A stretch of 32,000 bases of DNA from Fibrobacter succinogenes subsp. succinogenes S85 (GTDB lineage Bacteria > Fibrobacterota > Fibrobacteria > Fibrobacterales > Fibrobacteraceae): NCBI RefSeq assembly GCF_000146505.1, contig NC_017448.1, positions 1,770,001 through 1,802,000 on the forward strand, written 5' to 3'. Positions 8,461 to 17,356 of the stretch are shown here, one piece after another. The notes under the pieces were generated by a model that saw only the letters and a list, made by a program, of their open reading frames with translations, was not told the DNA's origin and made no database searches. The stretch's first letter is position 1. Each line of letters opens with the position of its first letter. A program made the translations under genes and the position numbers.

Positions 8461-9763
8461 AATATTGGATCAGGCGCGCTACAAATGCGCTTTGGCAGCA
8501 ATGCAGACCGTGCAATCCATTCCTGGAGCAATTCCCGTTTTGCATTCCGGTCCGGGATGCGCATCCAAGCTAAACGATAACAACGGCACGAGCGGCAGAT
8601 TCAGCCCCAACATTTACCCTTGCACAAGTATCAGCGAAAAAGAAGTCGTGTTTGGCGGTGCAGACAAGTTGCGTTCAACCATCAGCAACGCTCTCAAAAT
8701 CATCGATGCCGACCTGTTCGTGGTTCTTTCCGGTTGCACGGGTGAAATCATTGGTGACGACATTCAAGAAGTCGCAGAAGAATTCGAAGATGCCGAAAAG
8801 CCTGTCATCTGGGCAAAGACACCGGGATTCAAGGGCAACAACTACATCGGTCACGACTGGATTTTAAAGAGCATCTTTGAACAGTATGTGAGAAAGTTCA
8901 AGGGCGAAGCCCCGAAGGAAAAGGGACTCGTCAACTTATTCGCAGGCGTGCCACAGCAGGATCCGTATTGGCTTGGCAACTTGCGTGAACTCGAACGTCT
9001 TTTGCAGTCCATCGGTCTCAAGACGAATACGATTTTCGGTTTTGGTCGCGGGCTTGAAAACTTGCAGAAGATTCCGACGGCAGAATACACAATTCTAGTT
9101 TCGCCGTGGGCAGGCCTCGAAAGCGCCCAGTATCTCGAAAAGGAATTCAACATTCCGCTGTTGCACTACCCGATTTTGCCAATTGGTGCGGCCGAAACGA
9201 CAAAGTTCCTCCGTACGGTCGCTGAGTTCACGGGCGCTGACAAAGAACTCACGGAATCCGTTATCCAGCAAAACGAAGCGCAGTTCTTCTACTACCTGGA
9301 ACGCTACGCCGATACGATTCTCGAAAGCCGTATCGTGAGCAAGCGCTTTACCGTCGTGAGCGAAGCCCAGTACGTAATTGCTGTGACCAAGTTTCTCGTG
9401 AACGACATGGGTCTTTTCCCGCAAAAACTGTTCGTTACGGACGACACGCCGGAAGCATTCCGCGAAGAAGTCTCGCAAGAAACAAACACGCTGAATTACG
9501 ACATCAAAACAAAAGTCGAGTTCACCACGGACGGTTTCGACCTCCAGAATCAAATCCGCAAAATGGACTTTGGCGGCTCCCCGCTCATCATCGGTTCGAA
9601 CTGGGAAAAGAAACTCGCCCACGAACTCAAGGGCCACTTCGTGAACATCAGCTATCCGATGATCGAAAAAATCGTCATCAACTCGCATGTGGCAGGTTAT
9701 TCCGGCGGTCTTTACTTGTTGGAAGACATCTACTCTGCAGCACTTTCCATGCTGAAAATTTAA
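8453..9763 (+). CDS. Nitrogenase component-1 family protein, beta-like (NifK/NifN-like), set 1
   Basis: 436 aa. Cys12 (YKCAL), Cys36 (HSGPGC) and Cys95 (LSGCTGEIIGDD) have spacing like NifK Cys70/95/153. TPGFKGNNYIGHD resembles NifK TPSFVGSH. Confidence 0.8.
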   Translation: MAKILDQARYKCALAAMQTVQSIPGAIPVLHSGPGCASKLNDNNGTSGRFSPNIYPCTSISEKEVVFGGADKLRSTISNALKIIDADLFVVLSGCTGEIIGDDIQEVAEEFEDAEKPVIWAKTPGFKGNNYIGHDWILKSIFEQYVRKFKGEAPKEKGLVNLFAGVPQQDPYWLGNLRELERLLQSIGLKTNTIFGFGRGLENLQKIPTAEYTILVSPWAGLESAQYLEKEFNIPLLHYPILPIGAAETTKFLRTVAEFTGADKELTESVIQQNEAQFFYYLERYADTILESRIVSKRFTVVSEAQYVIAVTKFLVNDMGLFPQKLFVTDDTPEAFREEVSQETNTLNYDIKTKVEFTTDGFDLQNQIRKMDFGGSPLIIGSNWEKKLAHELKGHFVNISYPMIEKIVINSHVAGYSGGLYLLEDIYSAALSMLKI

Positions 9764-9773
9764 GGAGGATCTA

Positions 9774-11243
9774 ATGCCATTTAATTTTAAAAATGCAAAC
9801 GTCGGTGTTCGCGAAAACCGTCTTGGATCCATCACTGGATTTTCGGGCGACTTGGAAACGCTCGCACACCGCTCACAGTGCGGATCTGTCAAGAATCGCG
9901 AACGTTGCTTTAGCCAGTCCAGTTCTTGTCTTTCGGGCTGCGCTTTGGACCAGCTCATCAGTATCCGCAATGTGGCTGTCGTCTATCACGCTCCAGCCGG
10001 TTGCGTTGCGCTTGCGCAAGGTGAAGATGTCAAATTCCGCCAACTCGCCGAACGCATTAACGAAAAGACAAATTCCGTTTACGTCTGCACGGACTTGAAC
10101 GAAAACGATACAGTCTTTGGCGCTATCGAAGCACTCCGCAAGGCAACGCAGTACACGTACGAAAAGTTCCACCCGGAAGCGATTTTCCTCTCGTCTTCTT
10201 GCGTATCGGGCGTGATTGGCGAAGACGTTGACGGTCTCGCCGACGAACTCGCAGATGAATACGATATTCCAATTATTCCAATCCATTGCGAAGGTTTCAA
10301 GAGCCGCATTTGGGCCAGCGGTTTCGATATCGCGGACCACGCCGTTTTGCAGGGAATCGTGAAACCGCCCGAGAAGAAGAACAACAAGATCATCTTCAAG
10401 AACTTCTTTGAAAGCGCACGTCCGCAAATTACGGAACTTTTCAAGGAAATCGGCGCAGAACCGCAATTCGTTTATTGTAACTCCACTGTTGAAGAACTTT
10501 CGCATTTGAGCGAAGCCCAAGCAATGGTTTGCATTTGCGGAACGCTCGGCACCTACCTCGGCAACGCCCTCGAGGAAACTTACGGTGTACCATATGTGCG
10601 TACGATTAACCCGAACGGCATTACCGGTTTTGAAACTTGGTTCCGCGCTATCGGCAAAACGATTGGCAAGGAAGCCGAAGTGGAACGCTACATCGAGCGC
10701 CAGCGCGCCATTTACTTGCCACAAATCGAAGAAGTCAAGAGGGAACTCAAGGGTCTTCGCGCCGTGATCGGTATGGGCCCGGGCTACACCTACGAAGTTT
10801 CGCGCGTATTGCAGGAACTCGGTATGGAAGTGGTTCACGGTCTTGCTTGGCATTATGACTACAAGTACGATAACGGCCAGATTCCGCCAGCACTCGAACA
10901 TTTGCTGAAGACATCGCCAAAGGGGCTCAAGCTCACTGTGGCTGACCAACAAAACTACGAAGTGATGAGCGTATTGAACTATCACAAGCCGGACATTTAC
11001 TTTAGTCGTCATCCGGGCTCAACCGTATGGGCCATCAAGCAGGGTTACGCAGCGCTCTTCGTCGCCGATGAATACATGATTTTCGGTTACGAAGGAACAC
11101 TCAACTTTGCCAAGAGCATCCTCGATACCATCAAGAACCGTAGCTTTGAAAAGAGTCTTGCCGCTCGAATCAAGTTACCCTATACCAAGTGGTGGTACGA
11201 ACAAGATACAGACAAGTTCTTGAAGCCGGAAGGCGCAAGGTAA
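9774..11243 (+). CDS. Nitrogenase component-1 family protein, alpha-like (NifD/NifE-like), set 1
   Basis: 489 aa. Motifs YHAPAGC, SSSCVSGVIGEDVD, IPIHCEGFKS and MVCICGTLGTYLGNALEETYGVPY (by eye, the NifD Cys275 context). SD aaggagg. Confidence 0.8.
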   Translation: MPFNFKNANVGVRENRLGSITGFSGDLETLAHRSQCGSVKNRERCFSQSSSCLSGCALDQLISIRNVAVVYHAPAGCVALAQGEDVKFRQLAERINEKTNSVYVCTDLNENDTVFGAIEALRKATQYTYEKFHPEAIFLSSSCVSGVIGEDVDGLADELADEYDIPIIPIHCEGFKSRIWASGFDIADHAVLQGIVKPPEKKNNKIIFKNFFESARPQITELFKEIGAEPQFVYCNSTVEELSHLSEAQAMVCICGTLGTYLGNALEETYGVPYVRTINPNGITGFETWFRAIGKTIGKEAEVERYIERQRAIYLPQIEEVKRELKGLRAVIGMGPGYTYEVSRVLQELGMEVVHGLAWHYDYKYDNGQIPPALEHLLKTSPKGLKLTVADQQNYEVMSVLNYHKPDIYFSRHPGSTVWAIKQGYAALFVADEYMIFGYEGTLNFAKSILDTIKNRSFEKSLAARIKLPYTKWWYEQDTDKFLKPEGAR

Positions 11244-11266
11244 ACAAACATTTTTTTGACATGGTT

Positions 11267-11302
11267 TCTCCTGCGGGAATTTTTTCCGCAGGAGATTTTT
11301 TG
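11267..11302 (+). terminator. Rho-independent terminator of the nifB-like operon
   Basis: Perfect 10-bp stem tctcctgcgg (11267-11276) / ccgcaggaga (11286-11295), followed by tttttt. Confidence 0.75.
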
Positions 11303-11411
11303 TTTAAGCAACCAATTTCAGCTGAGATTCAAATTCAAAAAAAACGCAACAACAAAACGGCTATAGAAAATCATTATTGCCGGTTCAAGAAAAATAGTAT
11401 AAAGAAATCTC

Positions 11412-11440
11412 TTGCCAAAACGAAAGGCTTTATCTAAATT
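11412..11440 (+). promoter_or_regulatory. Candidate sigma-70-like promoter of the Cys-leader / transsulfuration operon
   Basis: TTGCCA (11412-11417), 17-nt spacer, TAAATT (11435-11440). It lies about 29 nt upstream of the leader ATG. Confidence 0.4.
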
Positions 11441-11468
11441 AACCTACAAAAGAAATAGGATATAAAAA

Positions 11469-11531
11469 ATGAATTTCCCGTTCAATAGCTTAAATTTCGC
11501 TTGTTGTTGCCGATGTCGGACGGGCATCTAG
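11469..11531 (+). CDS. Candidate Cys-codon leader peptide (MNFPFNSLNFACCCRCRTGI)
   Basis: 20-codon ORF with tgt tgt tgc cga tgt at 11502-11516. Weak SD agga lies 9 nt upstream. Followed by an intrinsic terminator, and then Cys-forming genes. Confidence 0.5.
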   Translation: MNFPFNSLNFACCCRCRTGI

Positions 11532-11557
11532 TTTTTAGGCTATTCTTTTAAACAGAT

Positions 11558-11594
11558 TCCCGCTCGGTTTGATGTTCCGTAGCGGGATTTTTTT
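11558..11594 (+). terminator. Attenuator-type intrinsic terminator in the operon leader
   Basis: tcccgctcgg (11558-11567) / ccgtagcggga (11577-11587), followed by 7 T (11588-11594). It lies 66 nt upstream of the structural-gene ATG. Confidence 0.65.
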
Positions 11595-11660
11595 ATTCAA
11601 AACAAATTTTAAACCAAAAAGGCGCTAGCATTTAATAGCGTCATAGGAGATTATTATCTT

Positions 11661-12818
11661 ATGTCAAACTTCAACAATATCGAAACAAAACTCATTCACG
11701 GCGGCATTGATGGCGACAAAACTACAGGAGCTGTAAACGTCCCTATCTACCAGACTTCCACCTACAAGCAGGCAGGCCTTGGTGAAAACACGGGTTGGGA
11801 ATATTCCCGCACAGGGAACCCGACGCGCGCAGCATTGGAAACGCTGATTGCAGAACTCGAAGGAGGAGTCGCAGGCTTTGCATTTGCAAGCGGTATGGCT
11901 GCAACAACAACCGTCCTTTCGCTTTTTAAGCAAGGAGACCGCATCATCATTTCGAGCAATGTCTATGGCGGCACTTTCCGCGTTTTGGACAAAGTTTTCA
12001 AGAATCTCGGAATTACTTATTCCATCGAAGACACGACCGATTTGAAATTGCTTGAATCCAAAATAACACCCGATGTGAAAGCATTCTTTGTCGAAAGCCC
12101 TGCAAATCCGCTCTTGACGGTAACAGACTTGGCAGGCGTTGCCGCAATTGCCAAGAAGCACAACATTTTGACCATTGTCGATAACACATTTATGACGCCG
12201 TATCTGCAGCGTCCGATTGAATTGGGTGCTGACATTGTCGTGCATTCTGCGACAAAGTATTTAGGCGGTCACAGCGACTTGGTGGCAGGGCTTGCTGTTG
12301 TCAATTCCAAGGAACTCGCTGAAAGACTCGCTTTTACGCAGAACGCAACCGGTGCTGTACTCGGACCTTTTGATTCATTCCTCTTAATTCGCGGCATCAA
12401 GACGCTTGGCGTCCGCTTGGATCGTCATACTGAAAATGCCGAAACCATCGCAAAGTATCTCGAAAAGCACGAAGCCGTAAAGCACGTGTATTATCCGGGA
12501 CTCCCGACAGCACAAGGCTACGAAATCAACAAGAAACAGGCCAAGAACGGTGGCGCTATGATTTCGTTCGAACTTCGTGAAAATTACGATATCAAAAAAT
12601 TCTTCAAAGCTCTGAAACTCGTTTCTCTTGCTGAAAGCTTGGGCGGAGTCGAAAGCCTCGTGTGCCATCCAGCCACAATGACGCATGCATCTATCCCAAA
12701 GGAAATTCGCGAAAAAGTCGGCATCACTGACGGGCTCATTCGCTTATCCGTGGGCATTGAAAAAGTTGACGACATCATCGCAGATGTTAACGCAGCCATT
12801 GAAGCCGCAAAAGCATAA
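11661..12818 (+). CDS. Cys/Met-metabolism PLP enzyme, cystathionine gamma-synthase / beta- or gamma-lyase family (MetB/MetC/MccB-like)
   Basis: 385 aa. Motifs VPIYQTSTY, YSRTGNPTR and HSATKYLGGHSD (PLP Lys). SD aggag. Confidence 0.85.
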   Translation: MSNFNNIETKLIHGGIDGDKTTGAVNVPIYQTSTYKQAGLGENTGWEYSRTGNPTRAALETLIAELEGGVAGFAFASGMAATTTVLSLFKQGDRIIISSNVYGGTFRVLDKVFKNLGITYSIEDTTDLKLLESKITPDVKAFFVESPANPLLTVTDLAGVAAIAKKHNILTIVDNTFMTPYLQRPIELGADIVVHSATKYLGGHSDLVAGLAVVNSKELAERLAFTQNATGAVLGPFDSFLLIRGIKTLGVRLDRHTENAETIAKYLEKHEAVKHVYYPGLPTAQGYEINKKQAKNGGAMISFELRENYDIKKFFKALKLVSLAESLGGVESLVCHPATMTHASIPKEIREKVGITDGLIRLSVGIEKVDDIIADVNAAIEAAKA

Positions 12819-12828
12819 GGAACAAGAT

Positions 12829-13740
12829 ATGCATTACTACGAATCCATGAAATCTCTCATTGGGAAAACGCCGCTTGTAAAATTGAATCATGTTGGTGTT
12901 CCTGAAGGTGTAAATTTATTCGTAAAGCTTGAATTGTGGAACCCTTCGGGCAGCGTAAAAGACCGCGCCGGCCTTTATATGGTCGAAGACGCGTTCGCCA
13001 AAGGGACGCTCAAACCTGGCGGAACAATTATCGAAGCAACCGCAGGCAATACCGGGCTTGGAATTGCATTTGCAGCATTGAACCGCGGAGTGCGTGTCAT
13101 TTTTGTAGTACCGACAAAATTTTCGCAAGAAAAGCAGACGCTTTTGCGTGCGCTTGGCGCAGAACTCATCAACACCCCGCGTGAAGAAGGCATGCTCGGC
13201 GCCGAAAAGAAAGCAGAAGAACTGCTGAAGCAAATTCCGGATTCCATTTCTCTCAGACAATTCCACAACATGGCAAATCCGCGGGCCCATTATGAAACGA
13301 CAGGACCTGAAATTTACGATGATCTCGATGGCAACGTTGATTATGTTGTTGCAGGCGCAGGAAGCGGCGGAACGTTCTCGGGCATTCTCAAGGCGCTCAA
13401 GGAACGCAACCCCAAAATTCAAGGCGTGCTCGCTGACCCTGTAGGCTCTACAATGGGCGGTGGCGAACATGGCGACTACAATATCGAAGGAATCGGAAAC
13501 GATTTTATTGCAGACACTATGGACATGACGCTTGTAGACCGCGTCATCAAAATTAACGATGACGACGCTTTCGGTGGTTCCCGTGAACTCGCGCAAAAAG
13601 AGGGAATTTTTGCGGGATCTTCTTCGGGCGGCGCTTTCGCAGCAGCCAAGAAACTGATTGCATCGGGCGCTCGCGGGAACATTGTCTTTGTAGCCCCAGA
13701 CCGTGGCGATCGTTACTTCAGCAAAGGTTTATACAAATAA
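12829..13740 (+). CDS. Cysteine synthase / cystathionine beta-synthase family protein (MccA-like)
   Basis: 303 aa from ATG 12829 (SD taaggaa). Motifs NPSGSVKDR, EATAGNTGLGIA, GAGSGGTFSG, ADPVGS and PDRGDRYFSK. The longer ORF start at 12685 overlaps the previous gene. Confidence 0.85.
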   Translation: MHYYESMKSLIGKTPLVKLNHVGVPEGVNLFVKLELWNPSGSVKDRAGLYMVEDAFAKGTLKPGGTIIEATAGNTGLGIAFAALNRGVRVIFVVPTKFSQEKQTLLRALGAELINTPREEGMLGAEKKAEELLKQIPDSISLRQFHNMANPRAHYETTGPEIYDDLDGNVDYVVAGAGSGGTFSGILKALKERNPKIQGVLADPVGSTMGGGEHGDYNIEGIGNDFIADTMDMTLVDRVIKINDDDAFGGSRELAQKEGIFAGSSSGGAFAAAKKLIASGARGNIVFVAPDRGDRYFSKGLYK

Positions 13741-13764
13741 CATAAAAATTCATCTTTAATTAGA

Positions 13765-14646
13765 GTGCACAAGTTTATGATTAGCAAAACTGCGCTTTTA
13801 TGCGCTCTTGCCCGAGCTGTCCACACTCACGCTAAAAGTGAAAAAATTTTTGAAGACGAATTTGCACAGGATTTTGTGGGTTTGAAGGAATATCGCCACG
13901 CACGCAATCTTGCAAGGCAGTTCCTTCCTGCAAAAAAGTCGAAGTCCAAAGATTACCCGGCTAAGGATTTTATTGACCAATACCTTCTCCCCATCATTCT
14001 TCCACGAAATCGATTTGCAGAAGATATTGTCGATGCCAAGCAGAAAACAGGAGATGTGCAATACGTTCTATTGGGTGCGGGCCTAGATTCCTTTGCGCTT
14101 AGGAACAAAAGTCAAAACGTCGATGTCTTTGAACTGGATCTGTACGAAACACAAGTTTTCAAAATCGAGCGGACGCGACAACTTTTCACAAAGAGGCGTC
14201 CCAAAGTTCACTTTGTAGAAATCGATTTCAACAAGGATAGCATCATCAGCAGATTGACAAACGCTGGTTTTAATCCGAAAAAACGCTCCGTCTTTTCGAT
14301 TCTCGGCGTGTCCTACTACATTCCTATTGAAATCTTTTTCAAGACGATTGCGGAAATTTCTAAGATAGCAGCACCCAATAGTGCAATAGTATTCGATTAC
14401 TATGAAAAAGAGCGGGACAGTGCGGACAGCACAACCAAAATCAGCCGCTTAAAACAAATAACAGCATCGTGCGGCGAGTGTATGGTTGACGGATACGATC
14501 CCGTTCAAGTTGACAATTTGGCCAGGAAATCGGGTATCCAATATTGTCACGACCTTTCTCCTAAAGATATCGACGAAGCCTTTTTCAGTGCATCAACTGG
14601 ATTGTCCGCATTCGAGGGCGTTCATCTGATGTATTGCGGTTTGTAA
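13765..14646 (+). CDS. Class I SAM-dependent methyltransferase, leucine carboxyl methyltransferase (LCM)-like family
   Basis: 293 aa. Motifs ALLCALARAVH and VQYVLLGAGLDSFALRN...VFELDLYET. The start is ambiguous (GTG 13765 or ATG 13777). Confidence 0.6.
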   Translation: MHKFMISKTALLCALARAVHTHAKSEKIFEDEFAQDFVGLKEYRHARNLARQFLPAKKSKSKDYPAKDFIDQYLLPIILPRNRFAEDIVDAKQKTGDVQYVLLGAGLDSFALRNKSQNVDVFELDLYETQVFKIERTRQLFTKRRPKVHFVEIDFNKDSIISRLTNAGFNPKKRSVFSILGVSYYIPIEIFFKTIAEISKIAAPNSAIVFDYYEKERDSADSTTKISRLKQITASCGECMVDGYDPVQVDNLARKSGIQYCHDLSPKDIDEAFFSASTGLSAFEGVHLMYCGL

Positions 14647-14662
14647 AAAATCCATACAAAAT

Positions 14663-14690
14663 ACCCGGCTGCAAAATTCTGCATCCGGGT
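14663..14690. terminator. Bidirectional hairpin between convergent operons
   Basis: acccggctgca / tgcatccgggt (one mismatch). T-rich on the - strand side (attttgtatggatttttt). Confidence 0.5.
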
Positions 14691-14724
14691 TATTCAAAAG
14701 CACGTTAATATAACACTCGTCGAC

Positions 14725-15489
14725 TTAATTCGCCTTCGTCCAGAATAGCACCTTGCGTTTTACAAATTCAAAAAATTCCATGATCGCAAGGACGACAATG
14801 CCAGTCCACAAAATTCCCGCAACCATGTTGGGGTAATCGGAATAGTCAGCGTAGAATTGCACAAAGTGTCCAAGGCCTGTATTTTCGCCGAAGAGTTCAG
14901 CAACGGTGAGCATGATGAACGAAAGTCCCATGCCTACGGAAAGCCCAGAAAATATGGACGGAAGGCTTGCAACAAATGCAATTCGCCACAAGTATTCAAA
15001 GCGACCGATGCCGATAATGGCGGCATTTCGCCTGTACTTTTCAGGAATGTCCGCAGCACCCGCGGCGGTATTCAAGTAGATAGGCCAAAAGGCCGCAATG
15101 AAAATAATGAAAGTAGAGGACAAGTAAAATGTCGGCAAAATCGCAATGGCGTAAGGGATGTAAACGTTAGGCGGAATCGGAGCCGCGAATCGTGAAATGG
15201 GCTTTAGCATAGTACCCACCCAAGGGACAGACCCCGAAACAATTCCGAGAGAGATTCCGACGACGGCAGCCGCGAAATAAGCAGGGACAAGTTTCAAAAG
15301 CGACGACCACGCACTGCGCAAAAGCTCCTCGCGAGAATTGAAAAGCGCCGTCAAAACCGCTTTTGGCGATGGGAACAAGTATTGGCTGCTCCATTCCGGG
15401 CCACTACTGATGAACGTCCAGATTCCAATCAAGAACAGAAGGAATAAAAATCCTGAAAATTTAGATAGATATTTCACAAAAATTCTCAT
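14725..15489 (-). CDS. ABC transporter permease, NitT/TauT (SsuC/TauC-like) family
   Basis: 254 aa with multiple TM segments. EAA-like loop RNAAIIGIGRFEYLWRIAFVASLPSIFSGLSVG. The start overlaps the ATPase stop by 4 nt. Confidence 0.85.
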   Translation of the reverse strand: MRIFVKYLSKFSGFLFLLFLIGIWTFISSGPEWSSQYLFPSPKAVLTALFNSREELLRSAWSSLLKLVPAYFAAAVVGISLGIVSGSVPWVGTMLKPISRFAAPIPPNVYIPYAIAILPTFYLSSTFIIFIAAFWPIYLNTAAGAADIPEKYRRNAAIIGIGRFEYLWRIAFVASLPSIFSGLSVGMGLSFIMLTVAELFGENTGLGHFVQFYADYSDYPNMVAGILWTGIVVLAIMEFFEFVKRKVLFWTKAN

Positions 15490-16301
15490 ATACTTGCGCC
15501 CTCCTGTACGGTATGCCCGAGTTTTTCAAGGATGTCCTTGTGGTAAGCTTCTTCAATTTCAACGATTGTCTTTTGGACTTTTTCGTTGCGAAACCATTCG
15601 CTACGGCTCTTTTTCACTGGAAAATCCAAAGGAATATCTGCGATGATACGGCCTGGCGTCGATCCCAAAACGATAATTCGACTTCCGAGATAAACGGCCT
15701 CGCGAATGTCGTGCGTCACAAACAAAGTCGTAATTGCACGGTCTTTAGAGCCTCGGCAAAGCTCCAAAACCAAATCTTGAAGGCTTGCACGATTTACAGG
15801 ATCAAGCGCACCAAAAGGCTCGTCCAAAAGAAGGGCATCTGCGCCGACGCTCAACGCTCTTGCAATGGCCCCGCGCTGACGCATACCGCCCGAAAGTTCA
15901 AAGGGATATTTATGAAGGCTTCCCGAAAGCCCAACCAAATTCAGGTATTCTTCTGCCAAATGTTTTGCAAAACTCCCCTTGACCTTTTTCGTCTTTTTAA
16001 TGGCAAGAGAAACGTTCTGTAGAAGCGTAAGCCAAGGAAAAAGAGTGTAGTCCTGAAAGACCACGCTCCTTTCAGAAGAAGGCTTTTCAATTTCCTTCCC
16101 GTTCCAATAGACATGGCCCTCATTTGGCTTGGTCAGCCCAGCGAGAAGATTCAGCAAAGTGGTCTTGCCACTTCCGCTTTCGCCTAATAAACATACAAAC
16201 TCGCCTGGTTTGATTTTCAAGTTGATGTCTTTCAGGATGGGTTTGCCATCATAGGAAAAAACGAGATTAGTCGCTTCGAAACCACTTTGTATTTGAGTCA
16301 T
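15486..16301 (-). CDS. ABC transporter ATP-binding protein, NitT/TauT (SsuB/TauB-like) family
   Basis: Walker A GESGSGKTT, signature LSGGMRQR, Walker B LLLDEPFGALD. Confidence 0.9.
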   Translation of the reverse strand: MTQIQSGFEATNLVFSYDGKPILKDINLKIKPGEFVCLLGESGSGKTTLLNLLAGLTKPNEGHVYWNGKEIEKPSSERSVVFQDYTLFPWLTLLQNVSLAIKKTKKVKGSFAKHLAEEYLNLVGLSGSLHKYPFELSGGMRQRGAIARALSVGADALLLDEPFGALDPVNRASLQDLVLELCRGSKDRAITTLFVTHDIREAVYLGSRIIVLGSTPGRIIADIPLDFPVKKSRSEWFRNEKVQKTIVEIEEAYHKDILEKLGHTVQEGASI

Positions 16302-16310
16302 TTTAGTTCC

Positions 16311-17339
16311 TTAATTTCTAGATAGGAAAATCTTTTCGGCCTGCGCGTAGAATTCAGATTTGGGCTTTTGCTTGCGAAGTTCTGCAAGAGCGTCACGATA
16401 GTAGTTCGTGAGAACGTATTGAGAGACCTTCTTGTCGGACTTGATGAACTCCGCATCCTTCAAGAAATCCCAGAAGAATTCAACGCCTTTCACGTTCGGG
16501 TCGGTATCCTGCGTCACGTAACCGCTGTAGAAAGCCTTGTTGACGAGAGCCGTATCAAGCTTAATCCACTTTGCGATAATTTCAACGCTCTTCTTGTGAT
16601 CGTTTGCGACAAGTTCTTCGGCTTCAATCAGCGACTTGACCAAGCGCTTGTAAATGTCGTCACGGCCTTCAAGTTTGCGGAGCGATGCAATGAGGCGGCA
16701 GCAAATATGACCGGGATTGATGTCCTTGCTGCGGAGCACTACGGAGAGGCCGGCTTCTTCGGCACGGAGATCGTGCGGGCCCCAGGTCACGCCTGCATAA
16801 ACGCTTCCGTTCTTTACCGCTTCGATAACTGCAGGCGGATTCTTGAGTTCTACAATAGTAACATCCTTACGCCAGTCAATACCTTCTTTTTTGAGGCCTC
16901 CGCGAACAATGGCATCCGCTGTTCCCAAACGGATTGTAGCGATTTTCTTTCCCTTGAGATCGCTCAGTTTTTTGACGGAGCCTGCATTTTCCTTGCGGGT
17001 GATTACAGCTTGGTCGCCACCCATGAGGCCGCCAATGACGCGAATATCAGCACCCTGCGAAACATGGATGAGCGGAGCAAGAGAGCCAAATGCACCAGCA
17101 TCGAGCTTTCCGGCACGAACAGCAGCGATACCATCGCCAGAATTCGAAAATTCTACCAATTCCACATCGAGGCCGTTCTTCTTGAAAATGCCAGCATCTT
17201 TTGCGATGAAGAATTTCCCCTGGCCCGTAGAAGAAAGGTAGCCGATGGAAAGTTTGTCTGCGGCGATTGTGGAAGTCACGCAGGCGAGAACGAACAGGAA
17301 TGCCGATGCAATTTGAGTATGTAATTTATTCTGAGTCAT
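16311..17339 (-). CDS. ABC substrate-binding protein, NMT1/SsuA-like; probable lipoprotein
   Basis: 342 aa. Signal sequence with a possible lipobox (VLAC). KLSIGYLSSTGQ...VRAGKLDAGAF is typical of sulfonate/nitrate/taurine-type SBPs. Confidence 0.8.
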   Translation of the reverse strand: MTQNKLHTQIASAFLFVLACVTSTIAADKLSIGYLSSTGQGKFFIAKDAGIFKKNGLDVELVEFSNSGDGIAAVRAGKLDAGAFGSLAPLIHVSQGADIRVIGGLMGGDQAVITRKENAGSVKKLSDLKGKKIATIRLGTADAIVRGGLKKEGIDWRKDVTIVELKNPPAVIEAVKNGSVYAGVTWGPHDLRAEEAGLSVVLRSKDINPGHICCRLIASLRKLEGRDDIYKRLVKSLIEAEELVANDHKKSVEIIAKWIKLDTALVNKAFYSGYVTQDTDPNVKGVEFFWDFLKDAEFIKSDKKVSQYVLTNYYRDALAELRKQKPKSEFYAQAEKIFLSRN

Positions 17340-17356
17340 TGTAGAATTCTCCTTTG

